A DNA stretch of 64,000 nt from Bacteroidota bacterium (GCA_023458415.1 JAEWZO010000028.1:17315-81314); one strand, 5' to 3'. Positions 45,655-56,076 are shown, counted from the first letter of the stretch. Made by a program: numbers and translations. The notes: generated by a model not told the origin, from the sequence alone.

Positions 45655-46329
45655 ATGAGTGGGATTTTATATTTTGTACCAACACCGGTAGGAAATCTGG
45701 AAGATATGACCTTCAGAGCAATCAATGTTCTGAAAGAGGTTGATTACATCCTTTGCGAAGATACCCGAACTTCAGGAATTCTGCTGAAACATTACGAAAT
45801 TTCGAAACCGACGAGGTCGTATCATCTTCATAATGAGCATGCTGCAACAGAAAAAGTAATTCAGGATTTAAAAAACGGACAAAATATTGCGCTTATTACC
45901 GATGCAGGAACTCCCGGAATTTCCGATCCAGGTTATCTGCTTGCGAAAGCCGGCGCGGATCAGGATATTGAAATGATTTGCCTTCCCGGTGCTACAGCGT
46001 TTGTTCCGGCGCTGGTTGTTTCCGGATTACCTAACAACGAATTTCTTTTCGCCGGTTTTTTACCGCAGAAGAAAGGTCGCCAAACAAAGTTGAAGCAGCT
46101 CGCAGAAGAAAATAAAACCATTGTTCTGTACGAAAGTCCACATAAAATAAATACGACCCTGGAACAGATAAAAGAGTTCTTTGGTGAAGAAACTAAAGTG
46201 AGCCTAAGCCGCGAAATTTCTAAGAAATTTGAAGAAACCAAACGCGGTTCAATTCAGGAACTCATCGATTTTTCAAAAAGTAAAACCCTGAAAGGAGAGA
46301 TTGTTCTCATCATCAATAACGCACAATAA
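45655..46329 (+). CDS. rsmI: 16S rRNA (cytidine1402-2'-O)-methyltransferase RsmI
   Basis: 224 aa with LYFVPTPVGNLEDMT, CEDTR, SDAGTPGISDPG-type (TDAGTPGISDPG) and YESPHK. Confidence 0.92.
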   Translation: MSGILYFVPTPVGNLEDMTFRAINVLKEVDYILCEDTRTSGILLKHYEISKPTRSYHLHNEHAATEKVIQDLKNGQNIALITDAGTPGISDPGYLLAKAGADQDIEMICLPGATAFVPALVVSGLPNNEFLFAGFLPQKKGRQTKLKQLAEENKTIVLYESPHKINTTLEQIKEFFGEETKVSLSREISKKFEETKRGSIQELIDFSKSKTLKGEIVLIINNAQ

Positions 46330-46356
46330 TTATTTAGAAATTAAAACATTAGAAAT

Positions 46357-47100
46357 ATGAAACTATTAGAAGGAAAAGTTGCCCTTATTACCGGCGGAAC
46401 CCGCGGAATTGGAAAAGGTATTGTGGAGGTTTTCGCTGCGCAGGGAGCCAAAGTTGCATTTACTTACGCAGGTTCTGTAGAAAAAGCTAAAGAAGTGGAG
46501 AATGCTTTGAAAGATGTAAGTCAGGTTAAAGCTTATCAGTCGGATGCCGCAGATTACGATGCAGCACAGAAACTTGTTGACGACGTAATAACAGAGTTTG
46601 GGCAAATTGATATTTTAGTGAATAATGCAGGAATTACCCGCGATAATCTAATGCTCAGAATGTCCAAAGAAGATTGGGATACGATTATTAAAGTAAATCT
46701 TGATTCTGTTTTTAATCTTACTAAAGCTGTGATTAAACCAATGATGAAAGCGAAAAGCGGATCAATCATCAACATGACTTCCGTAGTTGGCGTGAAAGGT
46801 AATGCAGGCCAGGCTAATTATGCAGCTTCCAAAGCAGGTGTTATAGGTTTTACAAAATCTATTGCGTTGGAGCTTGGTTCCAGAAATATTCGTTGCAACG
46901 CCATTGCACCTGGGTTTATTGAAACAGAAATGACTGCAGCATTGGACGAAAAAACCGTGCAGGGTTGGAGAGAGGCAATTCCGTTGAAACGAGGAGGTCA
47001 ACCGGAAGATGTCGCGAATGCCTGTGTTTTTCTGGGAAGCGACATGTCTGCGTACGTGACAGGACAGGTAATGAATGTAGATGGCGGAATGCTCACTTAA
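46357..47100 (+). CDS. fabG: 3-oxoacyl-ACP reductase FabG
   Basis: 247 aa with TGGTRGIGK, NNAGIT, YAASKAG and the C-terminal NVDGGM. Confidence 0.92.
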   Translation: MKLLEGKVALITGGTRGIGKGIVEVFAAQGAKVAFTYAGSVEKAKEVENALKDVSQVKAYQSDAADYDAAQKLVDDVITEFGQIDILVNNAGITRDNLMLRMSKEDWDTIIKVNLDSVFNLTKAVIKPMMKAKSGSIINMTSVVGVKGNAGQANYAASKAGVIGFTKSIALELGSRNIRCNAIAPGFIETEMTAALDEKTVQGWREAIPLKRGGQPEDVANACVFLGSDMSAYVTGQVMNVDGGMLT

Positions 47101-47116
47101 TACTTAACAATTATTC

Positions 47117-47143
47117 AACCTCACTTTTTGTGAGGTTTTTTTT
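47117..47143 (+). terminator. Rho-independent terminator after fabG
   Basis: AACCTCAC-TTTTT-GTGAGGTT is followed by a T-run. Confidence 0.7.
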
Positions 47144-47147
47144 AATC

Positions 47148-47720
47148 ATGATTGAATTAAACGGCACCAAATACGAAAACCCACTGTTTGTTTTTGCTAT
47201 GGAAAGCGAAGCTGCACAACAGTTTGAAGATGTTGAAACGTTATTTACCAGTCTCGGAAAAGTGAATGCAGCTTATGAGTTAACAAAGAAAATTGCTCAG
47301 ACTCGACCCGATATTGTAATTAATCTGGGAACAGCCGGAAGCAATCAGTTTGCGAAAGGAGAAACCGTGTGTTGTACAGGATTTGTACAACGGGATATGG
47401 ATGTGGGTGAGTTGGGTTTTGAGAAGTATAAAACTCCGTTTTCTCCGGAAGAACCAATATTAGCTTATGGTTTGAAAATCAATTCATTGTCGGAAGGAAT
47501 TTGTGGTACAGGTGACAGTTTTGAAACCGGACATGCAGAAACCGTTTATTCCGTCGTAGATATGGAAGCTTATGCCTTGGCTTTAATCTGCAAAAGAGAA
47601 CAGATTCCGTTTCTGTGTGTGAAATATATTTCGGACGGCGCAGATGACAACGCAGCTACCGACTGGACCGAGCAAGTAAAACTTGCTGCAGAAGCACTTC
47701 GCAAAGCAGTTCTTTCCTGA
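47148..47720 (+). CDS. Nucleoside phosphorylase-family protein (MTA/SAH nucleosidase-like)
   Basis: The start is moved to ATG 47148 (MIELNGTKYENPLFVFAMESEA), because the ORF-track start at 46965 lies inside fabG. The sequence shows GTAGS and VVDMEAYA with a C-terminal SDGAD, a PNP_UDP_1-like pattern. Confidence 0.7.
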   Translation: MIELNGTKYENPLFVFAMESEAAQQFEDVETLFTSLGKVNAAYELTKKIAQTRPDIVINLGTAGSNQFAKGETVCCTGFVQRDMDVGELGFEKYKTPFSPEEPILAYGLKINSLSEGICGTGDSFETGHAETVYSVVDMEAYALALICKREQIPFLCVKYISDGADDNAATDWTEQVKLAAEALRKAVLS

Positions 47721-47722
47721 AT

Positions 47723-48166
47723 CTACAGCATTTTTTTAAAGCATAAACTGTTGTCTGCTGTTTTGTATTGCCCGTAATTTGGAATTGGGGAATAAGTTTT
47801 TTCATACAGATTAACGGCTTCTTCCTGTCGTTTTCCGGTCTCTAAAACAGTTGAGTTTTTACCAAGTTCTTTTGTCCAGTTTTCCAGTTCGGAGAGAATT
47901 TTACTGCCAATTCCTTTTTTGCGGTGTTCCGGCTTTACGAACATTCTTTTAATCTCCATAGAATCTTCATCGAAAAATCTTATCGCACCGCAACCAACGG
48001 GATTTTCGTTTTCATACGCAACAACGCAGTGTTTCAGGCCGTCTATTTTATTGAACTCTACATAAAATTGATGTTCTTCGCCATCTTTCAAAGCCAAATA
48101 TTGATCGAGTTCTTTAACAAGAGCTACAAAATTTTCGTCTTCCGAGTTAGTCCTTACAATGTTCAT
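47723..48166 (-). CDS. GNAT-family N-acetyltransferase
   Basis: 147 aa with the acetyl-CoA motif A, RKKGIGSKIL. Confidence 0.85.
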   Translation of the reverse strand: MNIVRTNSEDENFVALVKELDQYLALKDGEEHQFYVEFNKIDGLKHCVVAYENENPVGCGAIRFFDEDSMEIKRMFVKPEHRKKGIGSKILSELENWTKELGKNSTVLETGKRQEEAVNLYEKTYSPIPNYGQYKTADNSLCFKKML

Positions 48167-48178
48167 TTTATATAGATT

Positions 48179-49219
48179 TTAGCCGTTAAATATTTGATTT
48201 TCCTGTTCCTGAACGCGAATAAAAGTAGTCCTTTTGGAAAGTTCTCGAAGTTGGGATGCTCCAACATAAGTACAAGTAGAACGAACGCCGCCCAGAATAT
48301 CTTTAACTGTTTCAGCAACCTCTCCTTTGTACGGAACTTTCACAGTTTTTCCTTCGGAAGCTCTATATTCAGCGACTCCGCCTGAATGTTTATCCATCGC
48401 AGTTTTCGAACTCATTCCATAAAAAAGTCTGAAAAGTTTACCGTTTTCATCTACCATTTCTCCGCCGCTTTCATCGTGTCCGGCAAACATTCCGCCCAAC
48501 ATGACAAAATCAGCACCACCGCCAAAAGCTTTCGCAACGTCGCCTGGAACTTTGCATCCACCATCACCAACAATGTGTCCACCTAAACCGTGCGCGGCAT
48601 CTGCACACTCAATAATTGCAGAAAGTTGTGGATAACCCACTCCGGTTTTCACACGAGTTGTGCATACGGAACCCGGTCCAATTCCAACTTTAATGATGTC
48701 TGCACCGGCCAGAAGAAGTTCTTCCACCATTTCACCGGTAACTACGTTACCTGCAATAATGATTTTATCCGGATATGATTTTCGGGCATTATTGACGAAC
48801 TGAACAAAATATTCGGAATATCCGTTGGCTACATCGATACATAAAAACTGAATCTTCGGATGTTTGGTTATTATTTCTTTAATCTTCTGCTCGTCAGATT
48901 TTCCGGTTCCGGTACTCAAGGCGATATAGTTGTAGAAATTTTCAGGTTTACCTTTTAAAAATTCAGTCCATTCTTCAACAGAATAGTGCTTGTGAATGGC
49001 AGTAATAATCTTTTCTTTTGCAAGTGCTTCTGCCATTTCAAAAGTTCCGACCGTATCCATATTGGCGGCGATAATTGGGACGCCTTTCCATTTTTTTCCG
49101 GTGTGCATAAAAGTGAATTCCCGTTCGAGATTAACATCTGATCTGGATTTGAGAGTGCATCTTTTCGGACGGAACATTACGTCTTTAAAGCCGAGTTTTA
49201 TATCGTTTTCAATTCGCAT
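48179..49219 (-). CDS. guaC: GMP reductase
   Basis: 346 aa IMPDH/GMPR-fold protein with no CBS insertion. It shows [14 protein letters not shown] and [10 protein letters not shown], and the length and N-terminus ([21 protein letters not shown]) match GuaC. Confidence 0.88.
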   Translation of the reverse strand: MRIENDIKLGFKDVMFRPKRCTLKSRSDVNLEREFTFMHTGKKWKGVPIIAANMDTVGTFEMAEALAKEKIITAIHKHYSVEEWTEFLKGKPENFYNYIALSTGTGKSDEQKIKEIITKHPKIQFLCIDVANGYSEYFVQFVNNARKSYPDKIIIAGNVVTGEMVEELLLAGADIIKVGIGPGSVCTTRVKTGVGYPQLSAIIECADAAHGLGGHIVGDGGCKVPGDVAKAFGGGADFVMLGGMFAGHDESGGEMVDENGKLFRLFYGMSSKTAMDKHSGGVAEYRASEGKTVKVPYKGEVAETVKDILGGVRSTCTYVGASQLRELSKRTTFIRVQEQENQIFNG

Positions 49220-49298
49220 TTTGTTGAATTTGGCTGTGAAGTAAAAGTAATCAATTTTATGATGAAAGCGAAATAAGAAACAATTTCCTAAATCTCAG

Positions 49299-49859
49299 TT
49301 ATCTGTTGATGCCTAATTTTTTCAGTCCTTTTTCAACAGCATCCAATGCTTCTTGGCGAAGATCTGAATTTCCTTTGTCCAGTTTTCTTAGAATTTGCCG
49401 AGCCTCGAAAAGATAAACTTTTGCAAAAGACGGATCTTGATCCACAATTTCCAGGGTATTATCCAAAATATCGGAGTATTTTATAGTTTGTGAATCTGCA
49501 GAAGTTTTCTCTATTCTTTCCAGCTCTTTTGCTTTTCTGCTTCGTCGGTTCAGTTTGGGATAAGCGCTTTTTACATAAACATCGGTAAGTTCTGTTACCA
49601 AAGTAATGGTTCTTTCGGTTTCATCCTGAGCCATCACTGTATTGAGAAAATTTTTCATTTCCGATTGTGTTACAGGTGTGTCCTCCAGAACATCGTGCAG
49701 AAGTGCCGCCGCAAGAATTGTTACGTCGTCCGTATAATTTTGCAGTTTTTCCATCACGCGAACAGGATGCACCATATAACGGTCCGGAGAATATTTCCTG
49801 AGCTGTTCGCCGTGTGAAATATCTCCGAAATCGGTTATTTTTTTCAGAATCTCATTCAT
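49299..49859 (-). CDS. Stand-alone RelA/SpoT-type HD hydrolase domain protein (small-alarmone-hydrolase-like)
   Basis: 186 aa with HPVRV...AALLHDVLEDT, an HD motif in RSH-hydrolase context. No synthetase domain is present. Confidence 0.7.
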   Translation of the reverse strand: MNEILKKITDFGDISHGEQLRKYSPDRYMVHPVRVMEKLQNYTDDVTILAAALLHDVLEDTPVTQSEMKNFLNTVMAQDETERTITLVTELTDVYVKSAYPKLNRRSRKAKELERIEKTSADSQTIKYSDILDNTLEIVDQDPSFAKVYLFEARQILRKLDKGNSDLRQEALDAVEKGLKKLGINR

Positions 49860-49907
49860 AGATTAATGGAAAATTCAAATTGTATTCCATCATTCTGAAG
49901 AATCATT

Positions 49908-50675
49908 TCAGGTGTTTAGAATTTCTCCCAAAGCATGTACATATTCGTGCGCAGTGAGATCAAATTTTACCGGAACGACAGAAATATATCCATCAGCAAG
50001 AGCGTTTTCATCGGCATCATCACTATCGTCCATATTGTTGAAATAACCGCTTAGCCAATAGTATTTTTTTCCGTGCGGATTGATGCGCTCGTCGAAACTT
50101 TCTTCCCATTTTGCATAGGCCTGTTTACAGACTTTAATGCCTTTTATTTCTTCGGCTTTCAGTTTTGGAATATTCACATTCAGAACAATTCCTTTTGGCA
50201 TTGGCTGTTCCAGAGTTTTTCTAACAATTTCCTGAATGAAACTTTTTGCCTGAAGAAAATCTGCATCCCACGAAAAATCAAGCAGGGAAAATCCAATGGC
50301 AGGTAAACCTTCCACGCCCGCTTCTACCGCTGCAGACATCGTACCCGAGTAAATAACATTGATTGATGAATTGGCACCGTGATTAATTCCTGAAACCACA
50401 ATGTCCGGTTTGCGTGGAAGAATTTTATCTAATGCGAATTTCACACAGTCGACCGGAGTTCCGCTCAGTGAATAATCTTTTTGTGGACCTTCAAGATTTA
50501 TCTCTTCGAAGGTTAGGGTGGAATTTATAGTGATCGCATGTCCTTTTCCGGATTGCGGCGAGTTGGGAGCAACCACAATTACTTCGCCAATTTCGTTCAT
50601 AAATTCTACAAGGTTTCTGATTCCCGGAGCTGTAATTCCGTCATCATTAGTAACCAGAATCAGTGGTTTTTGCAT
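49908..50675 (-). CDS. surE: 5'/3'-nucleotidase SurE
   Basis: 255 aa with ILVTNDDGITAPGI and SGINHGAN. Confidence 0.93.
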   Translation of the reverse strand: MQKPLILVTNDDGITAPGIRNLVEFMNEIGEVIVVAPNSPQSGKGHAITINSTLTFEEINLEGPQKDYSLSGTPVDCVKFALDKILPRKPDIVVSGINHGANSSINVIYSGTMSAAVEAGVEGLPAIGFSLLDFSWDADFLQAKSFIQEIVRKTLEQPMPKGIVLNVNIPKLKAEEIKGIKVCKQAYAKWEESFDERINPHGKKYYWLSGYFNNMDDSDDADENALADGYISVVPVKFDLTAHEYVHALGEILNT

Positions 50676-50694
50676 AAAAAATCTGTCTTTTAGA

Positions 50695-50702
50695 CAAATT
50701 TA
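50695..50702 (-). promoter_or_regulatory. -7 element (TAAATTTG on the minus strand) for surE
   Basis: Exact TAnnTTTG match 19 nt upstream of the surE ATG. Confidence 0.4.
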
Positions 50703-50736
50703 ATTAAAAAAAGGGCGCTGAAAGTAAATAAGGTAT

Positions 50737-50744
50737 TAAATTTG
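50737..50744 (+). promoter_or_regulatory. -7 element (TAAATTTG) for the S41 protease gene
   Basis: Exact TAnnTTTG match 65 nt upstream of ATG 50810. A small hairpin (CCCGT...ACGGG, 50757-50775) sits in the putative leader. Confidence 0.35.
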
Positions 50745-50809
50745 ATTCTTTCCAAACCCGTGTAACATCTACGGGAAAATATTAACTTATAGAGCACTAA
50801 ATCAGAAAT

Positions 50810-52930
50810 ATGTTCAAAAAATTTAAATTAAATAAATTATTTCTCTTTTTACCTTTAACTACTTTGGTTTTCTGTTTTAATTCGCCAAAAAACGACGATG
50901 ATAAAATGTCAACCATTATGGTAAGTGTAAAAAATACACTCAGCTATCTTCATTACACTCCGAAACCGATTAACGATGCTTATTCTCAGGAAGTTTACAA
51001 GCATTATTTCGAAATGGTGGATCCGGCAAAAAGATATTTTCTGCAGTCGGATATGGATGAATTTGCCAAGCATAAAACCAAGCTTGATGATTATCTGAAC
51101 CAGGGAAATCTTACTTTCTATAAAACGACGATTGACAGACTTTATCAACGAGTTGATGAAATTGACGGCATTACCCAGGAAATTATGAGCAAGCCGGTTA
51201 ATCTGGATGCCGACGAAACCCTGATTCTCGAACCAAAACAAAAGAAAAATCCTACGAATAGACAGGAGTTGTATAATGAGTGGAACAAATACATCAAATA
51301 CAATATTCTTCAGGAAATTGAAACGCTGAACAGCAAAGAAGAAGCGCAGAGAAAAAAGAAAGATTCTGTGCAGAAACATAATCTGAAAGATACTATTAAA
51401 CTGGAAATTCTTACGCCGGAAGCTAAAAAACTGAAAGCAACAACTGAGGTAAAAGACTTATTGACAGATACTTTCAGAAGGTTTAAGAAAAGAAAGAAAA
51501 TGGATTGGTTTACAGTCTATATGAACGCATATACCGAAGTTTTCGATCCGCACACCAATTATTTCTCACCAAAAGACAAAGAGGATTTCGACACCAATTT
51601 TAAAGGAAAAGTAATCGGAATCGGTGCAATTATCCAGGAAAAAAGAGGCTATCTTTATTTAGGTCCGCTTACTATTGGAGCACCTGCATGGAAATCGAAA
51701 CAGCTTACCGAAGGTGATAAAATTCTAAAAGTACGTTCAAAACCGAACGAAGATCCTGTGAATGTGGTTGGAATGCTTAATGACGAAGCTGTACGACTCA
51801 TCCGCGGTGAAAAAGGAACAAAAGTTACGCTTACAGTACAGAAAAAAGACGGAACTATTCGTGATGTAACGATGGTGCGTGAAGAGGTCGCTATTGAGGA
51901 CACTTTTGCGAGAAGCATCATTGTTAATTCACCGGAAGGCAAAAAAATCGGATTTATTAATCTACCTGGATTTAATGCTGATTTCGAAGATGCAAAAGGA
52001 AGAAATGCTTCCGATGACATTAAAGCAGAACTTATCAAACTGAAAGCACAAAACGTTCAGGGGATTATCCTGGATCTTAGAAATAACGGTGGTGGAAGTT
52101 TAACGGAAGTTGGCGACATTATGGGACTTTTCATGAATGCAGGTCCTTATGTTCAGGTAAAAGACGGAAACGGAAAAATACAGACGCTTCGAAATAAAAG
52201 CAATGCGCCAATCTGGACGGGTCCTCTTGTTGTAATGCAAAATGAACTTTCAGCTTCGGCATCAGAAATTCTTGCCGGTGCAATGCAGGATTACGGAAGA
52301 GGTGTTGTAGTTGGATCTCCGCAGTCTTTCGGGAAAGGTACTGTACAGACTTTTGTGGATTTGAACCGTTTCTTAAGCACAAGCGATGATTTCGGTTCTC
52401 TGAAGTTGACAATCCAGAAATTTTACAGAATCTCCGGTGAATCTACCCAGAGAAAAGGAATTGTTTCTGATATCACCATGAAAGATATGTTCACCTTCTC
52501 CGAAATTGGTGAAAGATATGATGATTTTGCATTAGCGTGGGATAAAATTCCTGCGGCGCCGTTCCAGACTGTGAATTATTTCAACGTTCAGGCGCTGAAG
52601 AAAAACAGTGAAGCAAGACTTCTCAACAATAAAACGTATCAGTTGCTTCAGGAATCTGCAAAGTGGAAAGAAGCTTTGGATAAGGAAACAACCATTACGC
52701 TTAATCAAACCAAGTTCAATGAACTGATGAAAACGAGAAAAGAACAAATCGAAAAATTCCGCGTGCTGGAAAAATACAGCACAGGTCTTCAGTTTGTACT
52801 GAATCCGGATGAAGCTGAAAGACAGAAAAAAGACGAAGCTTTCGCCAAGAAAACAGAAAACTGGACTAAAAACCTTAAGAGAGATCTTTATCTTCAGGAA
52901 GCTGTCAACATCATCAGTGAAATGAAATAG
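50810..52930 (+). CDS. Carboxy-terminal processing (tail-specific) protease, peptidase S41
   Basis: 706 aa with a PDZ region followed by the S41 core (LDLRNNGGGS, SASASEI, GKGTVQ). Confidence 0.88.
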   Translation: MFKKFKLNKLFLFLPLTTLVFCFNSPKNDDDKMSTIMVSVKNTLSYLHYTPKPINDAYSQEVYKHYFEMVDPAKRYFLQSDMDEFAKHKTKLDDYLNQGNLTFYKTTIDRLYQRVDEIDGITQEIMSKPVNLDADETLILEPKQKKNPTNRQELYNEWNKYIKYNILQEIETLNSKEEAQRKKKDSVQKHNLKDTIKLEILTPEAKKLKATTEVKDLLTDTFRRFKKRKKMDWFTVYMNAYTEVFDPHTNYFSPKDKEDFDTNFKGKVIGIGAIIQEKRGYLYLGPLTIGAPAWKSKQLTEGDKILKVRSKPNEDPVNVVGMLNDEAVRLIRGEKGTKVTLTVQKKDGTIRDVTMVREEVAIEDTFARSIIVNSPEGKKIGFINLPGFNADFEDAKGRNASDDIKAELIKLKAQNVQGIILDLRNNGGGSLTEVGDIMGLFMNAGPYVQVKDGNGKIQTLRNKSNAPIWTGPLVVMQNELSASASEILAGAMQDYGRGVVVGSPQSFGKGTVQTFVDLNRFLSTSDDFGSLKLTIQKFYRISGESTQRKGIVSDITMKDMFTFSEIGERYDDFALAWDKIPAAPFQTVNYFNVQALKKNSEARLLNNKTYQLLQESAKWKEALDKETTITLNQTKFNELMKTRKEQIEKFRVLEKYSTGLQFVLNPDEAERQKKDEAFAKKTENWTKNLKRDLYLQEAVNIISEMK

Positions 52931-52936
52931 AAAAAG

Positions 52937-52964
52937 AAAACGCCGGAATTTCCGGCGTTTTTTA
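52937..52964. terminator. Bidirectional terminator
   Basis: AAAACGCCGGA-ATT-TCCGGCGTTTT is flanked by A- and T-runs and lies between convergent genes. Confidence 0.75.
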
Positions 52965-54047
52965 TTACATAAATTTTTCTCCTTTTCGCATGGTCTTCAA
53001 ATCCTGAAGATACTCTTTAATCAGCTGATCGTTGTCGCGCGGACAAATCAGCAAAGCTTTGTCGGTATCTACAATGATGTAGTTTTTCAGTCCGTCAATA
53101 ATCGCGGCTTTATTTTTACTCTTCAGTCGTATAATATTTCCTTTCGAGTTGAAAGTGAGTACATTTTTAGATTTAACCGAGTTTTTATTCTCGTCTTTTA
53201 CTGCATTTTCATAAACGGAAGTCCAGGTTCCCAAATCGCTCCAGCCTAAATCAGCCGGAATCACATAAACGTTTTTCGCTTTCTCCAGAATTCCGTTATC
53301 GATGGATATTTTGTTTACTTTCGGATAAATAACTTCGATGCATTCTTCCTCTTTTCCCGAATTGTATTCGCAGCTCTGAAACTGCTGATGCATATCGTGA
53401 AGGTGCTTTTCGAAAGCAGCCAGAATGGATTTCACGCTCCAGATAAAAATTCCGGCATTCCACAAGAAATCTCCACTTTCCAAAAAGGTTTTTGCAATTT
53501 CCAGATTGGGTTTTTCGGTAAATGTTTTCACCTTAAAATATTCCGAACTTTTCTTTTCAACGTACTGAATATATCCATATCCGGTATCGGGACGCGTTGG
53601 TTTAATACCAAGCGTGATGAGATAATCGTGTTTTTCCGCAAGATTAAAAGCCAGCTCCACTTTTCTCAGGAAAATGTTTTCTTTAAGAATTAAATGATCT
53701 GCAGGAAGTACAATCATGTTTCCGTTCGGATTCAACGCGCCAATTTTTTGCGCCATATAAATATTGCAGGCAGCCGTGTTTTTCATCATCGGTTCGCCTA
53801 CGATATTTTCCGGTTTTAGTTCCGGAAGTTGTTGTGCAGTCAGCGAAACATATTCTTTATTGGTGATTACGAAAATATTTTCTGCAGGAACGATTTTGCT
53901 GATTCTGTCAAAGGTTTGTTGAATCATTGTTCTGCCTGTTCCCAGAATATCCAGAAACTGTTTTGGAAATTTTTGTGTACTCATCGGCCAAAAACGGCTT
54001 CCGATGCCACCGGCCATAATTACACAGAAATTATTGGAATTGGACAT
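52965..54047 (-). CDS. Mannose-1-phosphate guanylyltransferase (nucleotidyltransferase domain only)
   Basis: The start is moved to MSNSNNFCVIMAGGIGSRFWP (ATG 54047), which removes the overlap with the upstream gene. The sequence carries the MAGGxGxRxWP signature. Confidence 0.82.
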   Translation of the reverse strand: MSNSNNFCVIMAGGIGSRFWPMSTQKFPKQFLDILGTGRTMIQQTFDRISKIVPAENIFVITNKEYVSLTAQQLPELKPENIVGEPMMKNTAACNIYMAQKIGALNPNGNMIVLPADHLILKENIFLRKVELAFNLAEKHDYLITLGIKPTRPDTGYGYIQYVEKKSSEYFKVKTFTEKPNLEIAKTFLESGDFLWNAGIFIWSVKSILAAFEKHLHDMHQQFQSCEYNSGKEEECIEVIYPKVNKISIDNGILEKAKNVYVIPADLGWSDLGTWTSVYENAVKDENKNSVKSKNVLTFNSKGNIIRLKSKNKAAIIDGLKNYIIVDTDKALLICPRDNDQLIKEYLQDLKTMRKGEKFM

Positions 54048-54051
54048 GTTT

Positions 54052-54642
54052 TTAATCAATTTTTTGCACTCGCGCCAAAGGGTTGAAGATATATTCTCTG
54101 GCGGTGCCAAGGTTTTCACAAAGATAGTTTTTTTTACGTCGTTGCTTCATCCGGAACTTCTGTTTTCGGTAGATAAAACAATCGCCCGGAGATAGGTCGT
54201 CAACATACGAAAGTTCATCATTTAAATCTTCAGCGTGGAAATATTTAACCAAATCGGGACTGGCCATAAAATTGGCTTTCGGAGATTTTGCAAACTTCAG
54301 AATGAGAGGTTTTAAATCATCCGTATACACAGAAATGCTTTCCAGCAGCATTTTGCCGAACGTAATTTTCCATTCAGAACCATGTGGAGAAACTGCAACG
54401 CCGTAATTTTCGCGAACGATGAGGTGAGCCAATTCATGTGTTAAGACGAAAAAGAAAAGCTGTTTATCGAGGGTTGCATTAATCGTGATTTTATGCGAAC
54501 CATCGACGAGTTTTCTGTAATCGCCTAAGCGTGACTTACGGTCTTTAGTGATTTTGATGTGAATGTAATGCTCGCCAAACCATTTTCGAAGATGATGAAG
54601 CGTGTTTTCCGGCAGATATTTTCCAAGTACGTTAACCGACAT
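54052..54642 (-). CDS. SprT-like zinc metalloprotease-fold protein
   Basis: 196 aa with HELAHL in a SprT-like N-terminal context. Confidence 0.7.
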   Translation of the reverse strand: MSVNVLGKYLPENTLHHLRKWFGEHYIHIKITKDRKSRLGDYRKLVDGSHKITINATLDKQLFFFVLTHELAHLIVRENYGVAVSPHGSEWKITFGKMLLESISVYTDDLKPLILKFAKSPKANFMASPDLVKYFHAEDLNDELSYVDDLSPGDCFIYRKQKFRMKQRRKKNYLCENLGTAREYIFNPLARVQKID

Positions 54643-54645
54643 TTA

Positions 54646-55995
54646 CTAAAGAGAAAGCGGAATTCCGGCGTAGAAATTAAGCAGCTTCATGCTGAAAATG
54701 TAGTTGTATTTTGCCTGCGCCACCGAACCTTGAGCGTTTGCGTAGTTGTTTCGCGCAATATTAAGATCGAAAATGGTTGATCTTCCAGCCTGGAAACTTT
54801 TTTCTGCAAAGTCCAGTGCAAGTTTTGAACTTCTTTCCGCTTCTAAAGCGGCACTGTAAGCTTCGTAATTGCTTTCTGCATCAAACTGTGCCCGCTGAAC
54901 ATTTTGCAGAACTTCCTGCTTTTGCTGCAGTAAAGTATTTCTTGCAATGTCTTCATTTATTTTGGCCTGTTCTACCTGTAGGCGAGTAATGCCTTTGTTA
55001 AAAATAGGGATGTTTGCCGCTACACCAACCTGCTGCATGAAATTGTTTTTGTACTGTTTGAAAAATCCACTTTCCATAATCGGATTTCCGTTGATGTCCA
55101 TTCCTGCGGTGTTGGTTACCAAAGAGTTAAAGTAAGAAGTTCCGATTCCTGCATTGGCGGAAACTGTTGGCCAGAACGCAGTTTTTACTACTTCGGTTTG
55201 TGCTTCAGCCGATTTTATACGCTCTTCAGCCGATTTAATCTGTGGCTGATTATCATATGCTGTTCCGATAATGTTTTCAGCAGAATATAAAGGAGCCTCC
55301 AAAACCTCGTCAATTGGCACATCCTGAACATCAAAGTTCTTGTAATCAGGGAGTTGCAAAAGCATAGCCAGAGCAAATAGACTTCTGTCTGTATTGATTT
55401 CTGCTGTTTTCAGATTTTGTCTTTCTCGCGCCATCGCTGCTTCGGCTTCGGCCAAAATGGTTTGAGGAGTTGTACCGACTTCAGTAGTGATTTTTGCACG
55501 GTTATATAGTCTTTCAGCATTTTCCAATGCGCTTTCAGAAATTTTTACAATTTCCCTGTTTAAGAGAACCGAAAGATACTGTTGAGCAATCTGCAGTGAA
55601 ATGTCGTTTTTTATTTTTTCAACGTCGTAAGCGCTTGCCTGCAATTCAAATTCATTTCTGCGGATGGTTTTTTCCAGACGACCATTATTGAAAAGCAAAA
55701 TATCTGCTCCTACATTGGCGCTGTGCTGAAAGTTGTCGTTCCTGTTTGTCGTCCCGAATACATCACGACCCTGTCCGAAAGTAAGATTATTGTTGATGTT
55801 GCCACCCACTGTTGGAAGATGATCGCGTTTAGAAATCTCCAGATTATTTTCCTGAGTTTTCCTGTTATAATCCAGCTGAAGTACCTGCAGATTGTTTTCT
55901 ACGGCGTAGTTTACACATTCCTGAAGTGTCCATTTTTTTTGCGAAAAAACAGAAACAGACAATAATGAAAGTACAAGGACAGCGAACCGCTTCAT
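54646..55995 (-). CDS. TolC-family outer-membrane efflux protein
   Basis: 449 aa with a signal peptide and a two-fold internal repeat of the coiled-coil/beta pattern. The N-terminus reads WTLQECVNYAVENNLQV. Confidence 0.88.
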   Translation of the reverse strand: MKRFAVLVLSLLSVSVFSQKKWTLQECVNYAVENNLQVLQLDYNRKTQENNLEISKRDHLPTVGGNINNNLTFGQGRDVFGTTNRNDNFQHSANVGADILLFNNGRLEKTIRRNEFELQASAYDVEKIKNDISLQIAQQYLSVLLNREIVKISESALENAERLYNRAKITTEVGTTPQTILAEAEAAMARERQNLKTAEINTDRSLFALAMLLQLPDYKNFDVQDVPIDEVLEAPLYSAENIIGTAYDNQPQIKSAEERIKSAEAQTEVVKTAFWPTVSANAGIGTSYFNSLVTNTAGMDINGNPIMESGFFKQYKNNFMQQVGVAANIPIFNKGITRLQVEQAKINEDIARNTLLQQKQEVLQNVQRAQFDAESNYEAYSAALEAERSSKLALDFAEKSFQAGRSTIFDLNIARNNYANAQGSVAQAKYNYIFSMKLLNFYAGIPLSL

Positions 55996-56068
55996 TTTGA
56001 AAATTTAATTAATTGGTAATAAAATTAATATGATTGTTACAAATCTGTGGGTTAATCTTTTTTTGTTG

Positions 56069-56076
56069 TAAATTTG
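56069..56076 (+). promoter_or_regulatory. -7 element (TAAATTTG)
   Basis: Exact TAnnTTTG match 25 nt upstream of the ATA at 56102. Confidence 0.4.

Noticed and set aside
46965-47147. N-terminal extension of the nucleoside-phosphorylase ORF overlapping fabG.
   Set aside because: It overlaps the fabG coding region and its terminator (47117-47143). The ATG at 47148 gives a normal N-terminus.
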